Source of the DNA: Candidatus Hydrogenedentota bacterium
Lineage (GTDB): Bacteria > Hydrogenedentota > Hydrogenedentia > Hydrogenedentales > SLHB01
Length of the DNA stretch: 64,000 bases
Reading direction: 5' to 3'
Assembly: GCA_963745075.1 (NCBI GenBank)
Contig: CAVUWV010000017.1
Span: 123,947-187,946 of the forward strand
Shown one piece after another: positions 51,378-60,411 of the stretch. The stretch's first letter is position 1; every line of letters begins with the position of its first letter. The position numbers and the translations under genes were made by a program. The notes under the pieces are model-generated. The model was not told the origin of the DNA and did no database searches. It worked only from the letters and a program-made list of their open reading frames with translations.

Positions 51378-52112
51378 TTGCTCTTGAAAACGTTGTTGCC
51401 TTTGCAGGAACTTGACCTGAAGATCGAAAAGTGTCGGCTGCGGGAGGTCGAGATTCCGAAGCAGAAGGGAAAGTTCGACGTGCAGAAGAAGCGGCTCGCC
51501 GCCGAACTCGACGAGCGCGAAGAGGAGCTGACGAAGCTTCAACTCGAGCAGCGCGAGTGCGAAAGCGAAGTCGCGCAAAAACAGGAGCAGATCGGCAAGT
51601 ACGAACAACAACTCCTCGGCGTCAAAAAGAATGAGGAGTATCAGGCGCTCCTCCACGAGATCGATCTGCTCAAGAAACAGATTGGGCAAAAAGAGGAACG
51701 CATTATCGCGGTGCTGGTCGAAATCGACGCGGCCAAGGAGCGCCTCGCGGAAGACAAGAAACGGATCGAAGCCGAGCGCAAAGCCATCGACGGTCAGTGC
51801 GCCGAAATTGACACGGAACTGGAAGAAGCCGTCGCGGCGCGGGGAGAACTCGAAAAGCAGCGAAAGGCGTTGGAATCACAAGTCGATTTGACTCTGTTGT
51901 CCCGTTACAAACGCATTCGCGCCAATAAGAAGACCGGCCCCGCTGTCGTGCCGTTGAACGGCAGCACGTGTACGGGCTGCCACATGGCCGTGACGGCGCA
52001 GACCGTGAATGAGATTCTGGCGGGGAAAGTACACGCCTGTGCACACTGCGGCAGGCTCCTTTACCACCCCGACAACGTGGAAAGTGAAGACGCGCGCATA
52101 GCGTCGCAGTAG
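51378..52112 (+). CDS. Coiled-coil protein with a C4 zinc ribbon (DUF164/zf-RING_7 family)
   Basis: LQELD, EYQALLHEI, CTGC...CAHCGRLLY; TTG start after GAGGAG. Confidence 0.88.
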   Translation: MLLKTLLPLQELDLKIEKCRLREVEIPKQKGKFDVQKKRLAAELDEREEELTKLQLEQRECESEVAQKQEQIGKYEQQLLGVKKNEEYQALLHEIDLLKKQIGQKEERIIAVLVEIDAAKERLAEDKKRIEAERKAIDGQCAEIDTELEEAVAARGELEKQRKALESQVDLTLLSRYKRIRANKKTGPAVVPLNGSTCTGCHMAVTAQTVNEILAGKVHACAHCGRLLYHPDNVESEDARIASQ

Positions 52113-52188
52113 CAGCGCGTCGTATACTGTATCCGGTGGGCTTCGCCACAAGGGAACGGCGCGGTCCTCCATCGCGAGATTTTCAACC

Positions 52189-53040
52189 ATGCCCTTTCTA
52201 AAACGCAGACGCTTTGTTTCGGTCATCGGCCGCAAGAGTCACGTGCCCGACGGCATGTGGAAGAAATGCCCCGGCTGCAACCAGGCCGTCACCAGTAAGG
52301 AAGTGGAAGACAACCAACAGGTTTGTACCCACTGCGATTACCACCATCGTATCAGCGCCCGCAAGCGTGTCGAATTCCTCGTGGACCCCGATACCTTTGA
52401 AGAGACCCATAAGGGCGTCGTCTCCGGCGACCCCCTGGGTTTCGTCGTCGAAGAAACGTCCTATTCCTACCCGAAGAAGGTCAAAGAGTCCACGGAAAAA
52501 TCCGGAATTTCGGAAGCCATGGTGACCGGTTTTGGCGCCATCGAAGGCGCGCGTACCGCCCTTGGCATCATGGAGTTCGGGTTCCTCGGCGGCAGCATGG
52601 GATCCGCGTTGGGCGAGAAATTCGTCCGCGCCGCAGACGACGCCATCCGGGAACGCGTTCCGCTGATCGTCTTCTCGTCGTCCGGTGGCGCGCGCATGAT
52701 GGAAGGCATCCTCAGCCTCATGCAGATGGCCAAGACCTCCGACGGCGTCCGCGCCATGAACGAAGCCGGTATTCCGTATATCTCCGTGCTCACCCATCCC
52801 ACGACCGGCGGCGTCTGGGCAAGCTTTGCGGCTCTGGGCGATATCATCCTTGCCGAACCCAAAGCCCATATCGGTTTCGCGGGTCCTCGTCTCATCGAAG
52901 GCGCTCTGAAGGTAAAGCTGCCCGAAGGGTTTCAGTCGGCCGAATACCAGTTCGAGAACGGTTTCGTCGACGAGATTGTGAATCGCACCGAGATGCGGAG
53001 CTTCCTCGGAAAACTCCTCGCGTATCTCGCCCCCAAGTAG
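52189..53040 (+). CDS. accD: Acetyl-CoA carboxylase carboxyltransferase beta subunit
   Basis: WKKCPGC...CTHC, FLGGSMG, SGGARMMEG, PTTGGV, GFAGPR. Confidence 0.96.
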   Translation: MPFLKRRRFVSVIGRKSHVPDGMWKKCPGCNQAVTSKEVEDNQQVCTHCDYHHRISARKRVEFLVDPDTFEETHKGVVSGDPLGFVVEETSYSYPKKVKESTEKSGISEAMVTGFGAIEGARTALGIMEFGFLGGSMGSALGEKFVRAADDAIRERVPLIVFSSSGGARMMEGILSLMQMAKTSDGVRAMNEAGIPYISVLTHPTTGGVWASFAALGDIILAEPKAHIGFAGPRLIEGALKVKLPEGFQSAEYQFENGFVDEIVNRTEMRSFLGKLLAYLAPK

Positions 53041-54308
53041 TGAACCCTCGCGACTACCTTTCCGGGCTCGAGTTTCATGGCATCAAGCTCGGTTTGGACA
53101 ATATCCGCACCCTCCTTGGCGCCGCGTCCCAGCCGCATCGCGATTACCCCGTCGTCCACGTCGCCGGCACTAACGGCAAAGGCAGCGTCGTTGCCGTTCT
53201 TGATGCCATTCTCCGTGCCGCCGGCTACAGCGTCGGCCGGTTTACCAGTCCTCACCTTATCAACGTCGAAGAGCGCTTTCTTGTCGACGGCACACCCATC
53301 GCTCCGGATGAATTGGACGCCGAGATAGCCTTTTTCCAAAGTGTGGCGAACGGTATGGAGAATCCGTCCACCTATTTCGAGCTGTGCACCGCCGTGGCGT
53401 TCCAATGGTTTTCCAAAATGAAGGTCGACATCGCCCTCGTCGAAGTCGGGATGGGTGGTCGCTTCGACTCCACCAATGTGGTCGAACCCCTCGCTTGCGC
53501 CATCACGAACATCGACCTCGAACACACCGCCTACCTCGGCTCGACCCTTGAAGCCATCGCCTTCGAAAAGGCCGGGATCATCAAGCGCAACGTACCGGTG
53601 GTCGTATCCGAACGCCAACCGGAACCCCTTCAGGTCATTCTCGCCAAGGCCGAAGAAGAGAACTGTCTCGTCCGGCGGATCGGCGCGGACTTCCACTGCG
53701 CCCTTCACGGCGAACCATTCTCACAGACCATCGACTACACGGGGTGGCGTCTCGTGATTCAGGACGCGCCGCTGGCGTTATGCGGCCGGTACCAGGGCGA
53801 CAATGCGGCCACGGCCCTGGCCCTCGCCGAACTGCTCATGGACCACTTCCCCGAAATCACGCGCGACGCCATTCACACCGGACTCGCCTCCGTCCGCTGG
53901 CCCTGCCGCATGGAGCGCGTCCTGGACAATCCCCCCGTGATTCTCAACGTCGCGCACAACCCCGCCGGCATGCGGCGCCTCGCCGCCGACCTTCCCAACT
54001 GCGTCGTCGTCCTTGCCGTGTCCTCCGACAAAGCCGCCGCCCAAATAATCGAAGCCCTCGACCCCGTCGCTGAAGAATTGATCCTCACCCAATTCACCGG
54101 GCACCGCGCCACCCCTGTCGACGCCCTCCGCGATGCCGCCGGTTCACGCCCCCACCGTTGCACCGAGTCCCTCGATCCCGCCATCGCCATGGGCCTGGAA
54201 TCCGCCTCATCCCACCGCCCCCTCGTCATCACCGGCTCCATCTTCACCGCCGGCGAGGCCCGCCAAATCCTCGTCGAGCGTTACGGCGCAGCCCCACTGC
54301 AATTCTGA
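53040..54308 (+). CDS. folC: Bifunctional folylpolyglutamate synthase/dihydrofolate synthase
   Basis: HVAGTNGKGS, FTSPHL, EVGMGGRFDSTN, EKAGII, AHNP, TGS. Confidence 0.95.
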   Translation: MNPRDYLSGLEFHGIKLGLDNIRTLLGAASQPHRDYPVVHVAGTNGKGSVVAVLDAILRAAGYSVGRFTSPHLINVEERFLVDGTPIAPDELDAEIAFFQSVANGMENPSTYFELCTAVAFQWFSKMKVDIALVEVGMGGRFDSTNVVEPLACAITNIDLEHTAYLGSTLEAIAFEKAGIIKRNVPVVVSERQPEPLQVILAKAEEENCLVRRIGADFHCALHGEPFSQTIDYTGWRLVIQDAPLALCGRYQGDNAATALALAELLMDHFPEITRDAIHTGLASVRWPCRMERVLDNPPVILNVAHNPAGMRRLAADLPNCVVVLAVSSDKAAAQIIEALDPVAEELILTQFTGHRATPVDALRDAAGSRPHRCTESLDPAIAMGLESASSHRPLVITGSIFTAGEARQILVERYGAAPLQF

Positions 54309-54330
54309 TCCCCGGCCTCCGCCGCACTTC

Positions 54331-54363
54331 CTCCACCGCGTCCATCGAGTTCATATCGTCCAT
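54331..54363 (+). repeat. 9-bp-period GTCCAY-like repeat (4 units), intergenic
   Basis: CTCCAC-n3-GTCCAT-n3-GTTCAT-n3-GTCCAT. Confidence 0.5.
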
Positions 54364-54389
54364 CAAGATTCCGGCGATGATTCCGCGCA

Positions 54390-57300
54390 CTACTCCTCCA
54401 ACGCGATATCCTGCACTACCGTTTGCCCATCCACGACGTTCACCGTAGCTTCGTAGACCGTATATTCTTCATCGCCGTCATGACGTATCAGTTCAAGCAA
54501 TACCGGTCCCGCAGGCACACGCTCGAACCGATAGGTCCCGCTACGTGAACACCCTCCCGGGTATCGAAACACGGCTCCGGCCGTTTGAACGGCCGAGAGT
54601 TTCGGATACACATCCTGGACCGGTTGACCCTGCCGTGTGACTCGGCCAGTGACCGTTCCCATTCCTTCGTTGGCCACCAGATCGACGTGCAGATTCTCGT
54701 TACCGGACACGGCGAAGTCGCACTCCAGGCTACGCGCTGATGCCTTCTCTTCCTGCAAATAGCCAATGAGCGTTCCCGCGCCCGAAGGCACATGCTCAAA
54801 CCGAAACCTCCCGTAATCGTCCGACCGGACACTGCCCATGTGAACGCCGTCGATCTGAATCAACACGGCCTCGTTGGCAACGGGCGCCGTACCACGGAAG
54901 AGGCCACCTTCGATGGACGCGCCTTCGGGCAACACAATATCGACGCCGTCAACATCCGCCCCCGTCAAACGCACCTCCGTTTCCGCTGGCGCATAGTCCG
55001 TATGGTATGCGGAAAGGACCTGCGTTTCACCGGGATTCACGTGCACAGCAAACTGCCCCGCCTTATCTGTCTTAGCCATGGCCATGTAAGTTCGCATCTG
55101 CTGTTCCGGAATGGGACTTAGATAAACCAACGCCTCGGGAACCGGATGACGATGTGCGTTCAGAACCCGTCCCTTGACCGTCACGTCGCGCGATAGTGCA
55201 ATTCGAAGTCCATCTCGCGTTCTTCCTGGTTCCAGATCTGGCACGTGGACGATTGCTTGTGCATAACCTTCCGCGCGCGCGAACAGCGTGATTTCCCCGG
55301 GACCTACTCTGCGGATTTCGAAGCGTCCATCCTGATCGCTGTGTTTGCGGTACTGCCACATGATGCTCCCGTCAATCTCATCAAGAAGCCCTAATGAATA
55401 GGCCAGATCGAATTGCGGGATCGGATCGCCAGTCGTCTCATCCACCACGACTCCCTGCACATCTGCGGGTGTCGAAAACACGATTTCCAGATCGGTTGTG
55501 CCCGCGCGAACATCGGTTATCTTTTGAGATCGGCGTTCCGTACTATTCGGATCTCCTGCATGGATCGTGTAGATTCCCTCCGGAATTCCCTGAAATGTAA
55601 ACGCACCCTGCGAATCACACGCTGCATGTCGAAACACCGGACTGTAGATCGTCATCGCCAATGCGGAAACGGGTTGGCCGTCTGTATCCACAACGTGTCC
55701 GGAAATCTCATATTCGCCCTCTGATGGCCTTACCAGTATGAGGCCAGTTTGCTTATCACCGGGGCCAACCGTAATGCGGGCCGCTTCATTGCCGATCGAC
55801 CACGTGCGACCGTCTTGTCCCGCCAGGACGATGCGATGCTCTCCCGGAAATAGACGTCGAATAGTGAACGTACCGTCTTTTTCTGATGTGGTTTGGCCTA
55901 AGGGCCCGTCACCGCCAACGAGTGGCCACGCGGCTACTCCGGCACCTTCCACGGGCTTGCCGGCAGGATCAACGATGGTACCGCTGACGGTGGCGTCCTC
56001 AACCATCGTCAGGGCGACTTCCCGCAGTCCCGACGCGGGTACCTTCAGATCCTGCATCATCGGCATGGCGTATCCCACTTTTGCGGCCTTCACCTCAAAA
56101 CCGGTTCCGCCGCTACCGAAACCCACAACACGAAATGTTCCGTCGGCCGCCGACTGCGCGTTGTGCCAACGGTTTTCCTGGTTAGTCATCCCGCTCACGT
56201 CAACGCCCGCCAACGGCGCGCCGTTCACGTCCGTGACGATACCGCTAATCGACACACCCGTTTCCAACGCCAGGTCGTACATAGTCGTCTTACCCGGCCG
56301 CACCTCGACCGTTTCATCGAGTTCTCCGTACGAATATCCATTCAACGTGGGATTCCGGAATTCATACGTGCCGGCGGGCAAGTCTTGTATCTCATACGCA
56401 CCGCCTGCCGAAGTAACAACCGGATGAAGCGAACGCTTTTCACCGTTGACGAGTTTCTGTGGGTAGAGCGACAGTTCGACTCCCGCAACGGTTTCGTCGG
56501 TCGCCGAATCGTAGACGTACCCCGCGATACTGCCGGTCATCGCCTTGCGCGTCGCGGCGAATTGGGTCAACACCGTTGCGGCCGCATCCGCGAATGGTTT
56601 CTGGTTTTGATCCAGTTGCGCCGCGGGTGGAGACGGTGGTTCCACGTCCTGGGACTCGATGCTGCGTTTCTGGGCAACTGCGACCGGTTCGTCGCTGCCG
56701 TCGCGGTTGGCCAGATACCACGCACCACCACCAATAATAACAACCGCCACACACCCCGCGACGGCCTTTACGGCCAATGCCGTAGCGCCAGCCGCTGCCG
56801 CCGCCTTCGCGGGAATCGGCAACGCCATGACGGCACCCATGATGCGTTTGATCTGCTCCTCGCGATCCTTCGGGTCCTCGCCTTGCTCGATGCGGTCAAA
56901 CATCTGCCGGCCGAGCGTTTCGCGCGCCCGTTGTACCCGTTTTTTGGCTGCGTTTGGCGTGATCTCCAGGAGCGTGGCCAACTCCCGAATGCTCAGTCCG
57001 GAAAAGTACCGGAGCAACAGCAGTTCCCGTTGTTCGGGCTCAAGCTGCATGATCGCGCGATGAACCGTCTCCCGCAGTTCCCGCTGTTCCACGTCTGGAG
57101 CGATTGAGGGTGGCGGCGGCGGCAGTTCGGCCACCACCTCCGCCTCCCGCGCTCGCGAGCGCAACAATTGCGTCGTTGCATTGCGCGCAATGGTCATGAG
57201 CCACGGACCGAACTTGCCCCGGTCCCGTAACGTGTCCAGCCGCTGAAACGCCCGCACAAATACGTCCTGGGCGACATCGTCGGCGTCGGTTGCATTGCCC

Positions 57301-57428
57301 AGCCGCGCATAGGCAACCGCGTGCACGACGGGTAGATACCGCCGCACCAGCACCCCAAAATCGTCCCGTCGTCCCCGCAGAACCGAGAGGACCAACCGGC
57401 TGTCGGATGTTCTCGTTCGTTGAAACAT
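54390..57428 (-). CDS. ECF sigma factor fused to a TM helix and tandem carboxypeptidase-regulatory-like beta-sandwich domains (1012 aa)
   Basis: Sigma2 (DADDVAQDVFVRAF...FGPWLMTIARN), sigma4 (RELLLLRYFSGLS), TM, repeated ISG.V.D..G.P units. Confidence 0.88.
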   Translation of the reverse strand: MFQRTRTSDSRLVLSVLRGRRDDFGVLVRRYLPVVHAVAYARLGNATDADDVAQDVFVRAFQRLDTLRDRGKFGPWLMTIARNATTQLLRSRAREAEVVAELPPPPPSIAPDVEQRELRETVHRAIMQLEPEQRELLLLRYFSGLSIRELATLLEITPNAAKKRVQRARETLGRQMFDRIEQGEDPKDREEQIKRIMGAVMALPIPAKAAAAAGATALAVKAVAGCVAVVIIGGGAWYLANRDGSDEPVAVAQKRSIESQDVEPPSPPAAQLDQNQKPFADAAATVLTQFAATRKAMTGSIAGYVYDSATDETVAGVELSLYPQKLVNGEKRSLHPVVTSAGGAYEIQDLPAGTYEFRNPTLNGYSYGELDETVEVRPGKTTMYDLALETGVSISGIVTDVNGAPLAGVDVSGMTNQENRWHNAQSAADGTFRVVGFGSGGTGFEVKAAKVGYAMPMMQDLKVPASGLREVALTMVEDATVSGTIVDPAGKPVEGAGVAAWPLVGGDGPLGQTTSEKDGTFTIRRLFPGEHRIVLAGQDGRTWSIGNEAARITVGPGDKQTGLILVRPSEGEYEISGHVVDTDGQPVSALAMTIYSPVFRHAACDSQGAFTFQGIPEGIYTIHAGDPNSTERRSQKITDVRAGTTDLEIVFSTPADVQGVVVDETTGDPIPQFDLAYSLGLLDEIDGSIMWQYRKHSDQDGRFEIRRVGPGEITLFARAEGYAQAIVHVPDLEPGRTRDGLRIALSRDVTVKGRVLNAHRHPVPEALVYLSPIPEQQMRTYMAMAKTDKAGQFAVHVNPGETQVLSAYHTDYAPAETEVRLTGADVDGVDIVLPEGASIEGGLFRGTAPVANEAVLIQIDGVHMGSVRSDDYGRFRFEHVPSGAGTLIGYLQEEKASARSLECDFAVSGNENLHVDLVANEGMGTVTGRVTRQGQPVQDVYPKLSAVQTAGAVFRYPGGCSRSGTYRFERVPAGPVLLELIRHDGDEEYTVYEATVNVVDGQTVVQDIALEE

Positions 57429-57571
57429 GGCAAGTTCTCCTCACTCTACACAAAAGATGCGTGAGCAAGGCAATTGGGGCCGCGAAGTCGTTGTTTCTCT
57501 CGTTGGTTGTTCATTTGTGTTGTCCTGCGCTATCCTAATCCTACAACGCGCAAATCGGGGAGGTGCACGCC

Positions 57572-58678
57572 ATGAACGATCTTTCGACGTGGTGGAACGG
57601 GTTGAGCCAAGGCGTCCGCTGGACGATTCGCGACGGCTTCATTGTGGTAGTCGGCCTTTGCGCCGGTCTTATCGCGGGCCGTATCGTCAGAGGCCTACTC
57701 GTTCGGAAAGGCATTGACCGCTACCTGCGCGCGCCATGGACCGCACACGACGACGCGGAGCGCCCCATCGGCATGAAGCGGGAACCATCACTCCTTTCGT
57801 CGGTAATCGGCTGGTTGTTCACGCTGACCGTGTGGGTCGCAACCCTCTGCATCATCGGATGGTTCCGTCAGATCGATGACCTGGTCGATTTCGGGCAAAT
57901 GGTTCTCACCCGCGGCTGGCAGGTCGCCGTGGTTATTCTTGCTGCGGTGCTCGCCAGCGGCTGGCTCGCGCATACGGTCTACGGACTTTTCCAAACCCCC
58001 TGGTTCAAGCGAGAACTCGATGCGCTAATCGTGCCAAGCGGTAAGGCGGAAGGCTCGTTTTCCGAAACCGCAGCGCGCGCCATTTGTGTCTTCATCTACG
58101 CCGCCTTCCTGCTCCTCGTGCCCGTCGCCATCGCGGGCCTCTTCAATATCGCGTCCTTCGCCCCCCTGGTGGCGCCCGCTTGGTACCTCTGCGCCCGGCT
58201 GCTCACCGTTCCCGTCGCTTTTGCGGTCGGCTACCTCGGGCTTGCCTGGGTCCGGTCTCAGAGCAACGCTACCGGTAAGGAGGGCGTCGATCACTCCGAA
58301 CTCGAGTACTACGTCGGACTCGGCATCATGGTCGGCACCACCTTGTTCGCGCTCGCCCTGCTACTCGGCGTCTCCAGCGGCGCCGGCGCCATCGCCGTCG
58401 TCGCGCTGGTCGGCTTCTTGGCCTTCTTGTTTTGGCCAATTCGGAAACACGTTCGCGACATCTGGGCCGGGGTTCTTCTTCGACTCCAGGCGGTAAAGAT
58501 GATCCCGGTGGATGGATCGGCCTTCGAGATCAAGAAAGTCGGACTGCTCATGACTACCGTCCAACACGATGGGGAGGAGTTTTCTCGAAAGAATTCCGAC
58601 GTATTGACCGATGTCCTGAAAGCGGCGAAGAAACCGGAGCCTCCCGACCGCCCCTGGAAAGGCCTCAGTGAGCCGTAA
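57572..58678 (+). CDS. Multi-pass membrane protein, MscS/CmpX-like
   Basis: About 8 TM helices; C-terminal IKKVGLLMTTV...NS resembles a truncated MscS beta domain. Confidence 0.55.
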   Translation: MNDLSTWWNGLSQGVRWTIRDGFIVVVGLCAGLIAGRIVRGLLVRKGIDRYLRAPWTAHDDAERPIGMKREPSLLSSVIGWLFTLTVWVATLCIIGWFRQIDDLVDFGQMVLTRGWQVAVVILAAVLASGWLAHTVYGLFQTPWFKRELDALIVPSGKAEGSFSETAARAICVFIYAAFLLLVPVAIAGLFNIASFAPLVAPAWYLCARLLTVPVAFAVGYLGLAWVRSQSNATGKEGVDHSELEYYVGLGIMVGTTLFALALLLGVSSGAGAIAVVALVGFLAFLFWPIRKHVRDIWAGVLLRLQAVKMIPVDGSAFEIKKVGLLMTTVQHDGEEFSRKNSDVLTDVLKAAKKPEPPDRPWKGLSEP

Positions 58679-58847
58679 CCCCGCGATCGTTGGTATGCCG
58701 AAGCGTTTTACCCCAAATTGACCGTTTGAAATCGTGGTGCCGGATCGGCACTCTCTATGGGTGTGTGTCGTGCCTGTCTTATAGACCCGGCGCACCGAAG
58801 GGCAAGACGATCGTCTAAGGGTCACACACCCGGAAAGAAGTCTAACC

Positions 58848-60290
58848 ATGAACAGCAGTAAGTTCCTCAGAATCTCGCATGTTACTACATTGGCGACCGC
58901 GTTCGTCGCAGTGTTGGCCGTGGGGCTCGTTACGCTCCCAGCAGCGGCAACACCGCTGGACGACTACGTGGCCAAACCCGACGCGGCCTTCTCGTACAGC
59001 AAAGAACCCGTCAAGGTGGTCGACACGGATGCCTACACTGCGAACATTTACAAGTTGGTGTCGCAGGAATGGCTCGATCCGTCCAAGGTGGACCGCACCA
59101 AGTGGGAACACTGGGTCGTCGTGGTCGTGCCGAAACAGATCGAGCAATCCAAGGCGCTCGTCTTCATCGACGGCGGCAGCAACGGGGGCACCGAACCTCC
59201 GTCCGTGGACGGCGCACTCGCCCAAGTCGCCGTAATGACGAAGTCGGTTCTCGTCGACGTGAAACAGATCCCGAATCAGCCCTTGAAGTTCACCGGCGAG
59301 AAAGATGAACGCTACAAGGAACACGGCCGTTCCGAAGATGCGTTGATCACCTACGGCTGGGACAAGTTCCTCGTAACTGGCGATCCCATCTGGCTGGCGC
59401 GCCTGCCGATGACAAAGGCCGTCGTACGCGCCATGGACATGGTCCAGGACGTGCGCCCGGAAATCGACGGATTCTACGTCGCGGGCGGTTCGAAACGGGG
59501 CTGGACGACCTGGACCGTCGCGGCCGTGGACAAACGCGTCATTGGCATCACGCCCGCCGTTATCGATGTGCTTCAAGTCGACAAGAACATGGACAACCAC
59601 TTCGCGGCCTATGGGTTCTGGGCGCCCGCCGTGGGTGACTACGTCGACATGCATATTGTCAATCGCCGACATACGGCCGAGTTCAAGAAACTGGAAGCGA
59701 TTGTCGATCCCTACAGTTACATCGACCGGTTGACCATGCCGAAATACCTTCTGAACTCCGCAGGCGACCAGTTCTTCCCATCCGATTCGTGGAAGCTCTA
59801 CTTTGACGACCTGAAAGGCGAGAAGTACCTGCGTTACGTCCCCAATTCGGACCACGGGTTGAACCTGCAGGCCTACTTCAATCTCGCGTCCTTCTACCAC
59901 GCCATCATCGCGGGCACGCCGCGTCCGAAGTTCACGTGGAAGAAGGAGCCGAGCGGCGCCTTGGAAGTCCGTTGCGAGACCAAGCCAACCAAGGTTCTCC
60001 TCTGGCAGGCCATCAACCCCGAGGGCCGCGATTTCCGCATGGAGAAGATCGGCAAGGTTTGGGAGAGCACTGAAGTCAAGGACGACGGCAACGGCGTGTA
60101 CCGGGCCGACGTGAAGGCGCCGGATAAAGGGTGGACGGCCTTCTTCCTGGAAATGGAGTTCCCTAACCCCGATTACGCGTCGCCTTTCGTTTTCACGACG
60201 GGAATCAGCATCCTTCCGGACGTAATGCCCTTCGCGGGCGCACCGGAGCCTGAATCCGGCCACGGCTACCCGGAGGGTAAGCCCCAGTAA
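58848..60290 (+). CDS. PhoPQ-activated pathogenicity-related (PqaA-type) alpha/beta hydrolase, secreted
   Basis: TPLDDYV, SQEW, QIPNQPL, PMTKAVVRAMD, GGSKRGWTTW, DPYSY, PNSDH. Confidence 0.88.
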   Translation: MNSSKFLRISHVTTLATAFVAVLAVGLVTLPAAATPLDDYVAKPDAAFSYSKEPVKVVDTDAYTANIYKLVSQEWLDPSKVDRTKWEHWVVVVVPKQIEQSKALVFIDGGSNGGTEPPSVDGALAQVAVMTKSVLVDVKQIPNQPLKFTGEKDERYKEHGRSEDALITYGWDKFLVTGDPIWLARLPMTKAVVRAMDMVQDVRPEIDGFYVAGGSKRGWTTWTVAAVDKRVIGITPAVIDVLQVDKNMDNHFAAYGFWAPAVGDYVDMHIVNRRHTAEFKKLEAIVDPYSYIDRLTMPKYLLNSAGDQFFPSDSWKLYFDDLKGEKYLRYVPNSDHGLNLQAYFNLASFYHAIIAGTPRPKFTWKKEPSGALEVRCETKPTKVLLWQAINPEGRDFRMEKIGKVWESTEVKDDGNGVYRADVKAPDKGWTAFFLEMEFPNPDYASPFVFTTGISILPDVMPFAGAPEPESGHGYPEGKPQ

Positions 60291-60316
60291 ACCGGTTGCA
60301 TTCGATCGATCGAGAT

Positions 60317-60351
60317 GAAGCGCGGCGTATGCGGAACGCCGCGCTTCTTTT
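60317..60351 (+). terminator. Intrinsic terminator
   Basis: GAAGCGCGGCGT/ACGCCGCGCTTC stem followed by TTTT. Confidence 0.8.
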
Positions 60352-60411
60352 GGTCTTCCGCACGTGCGTGATTGGCTTCATCTTTTACAGAAGCAGGGGA
60401 GAGGGGGATCG

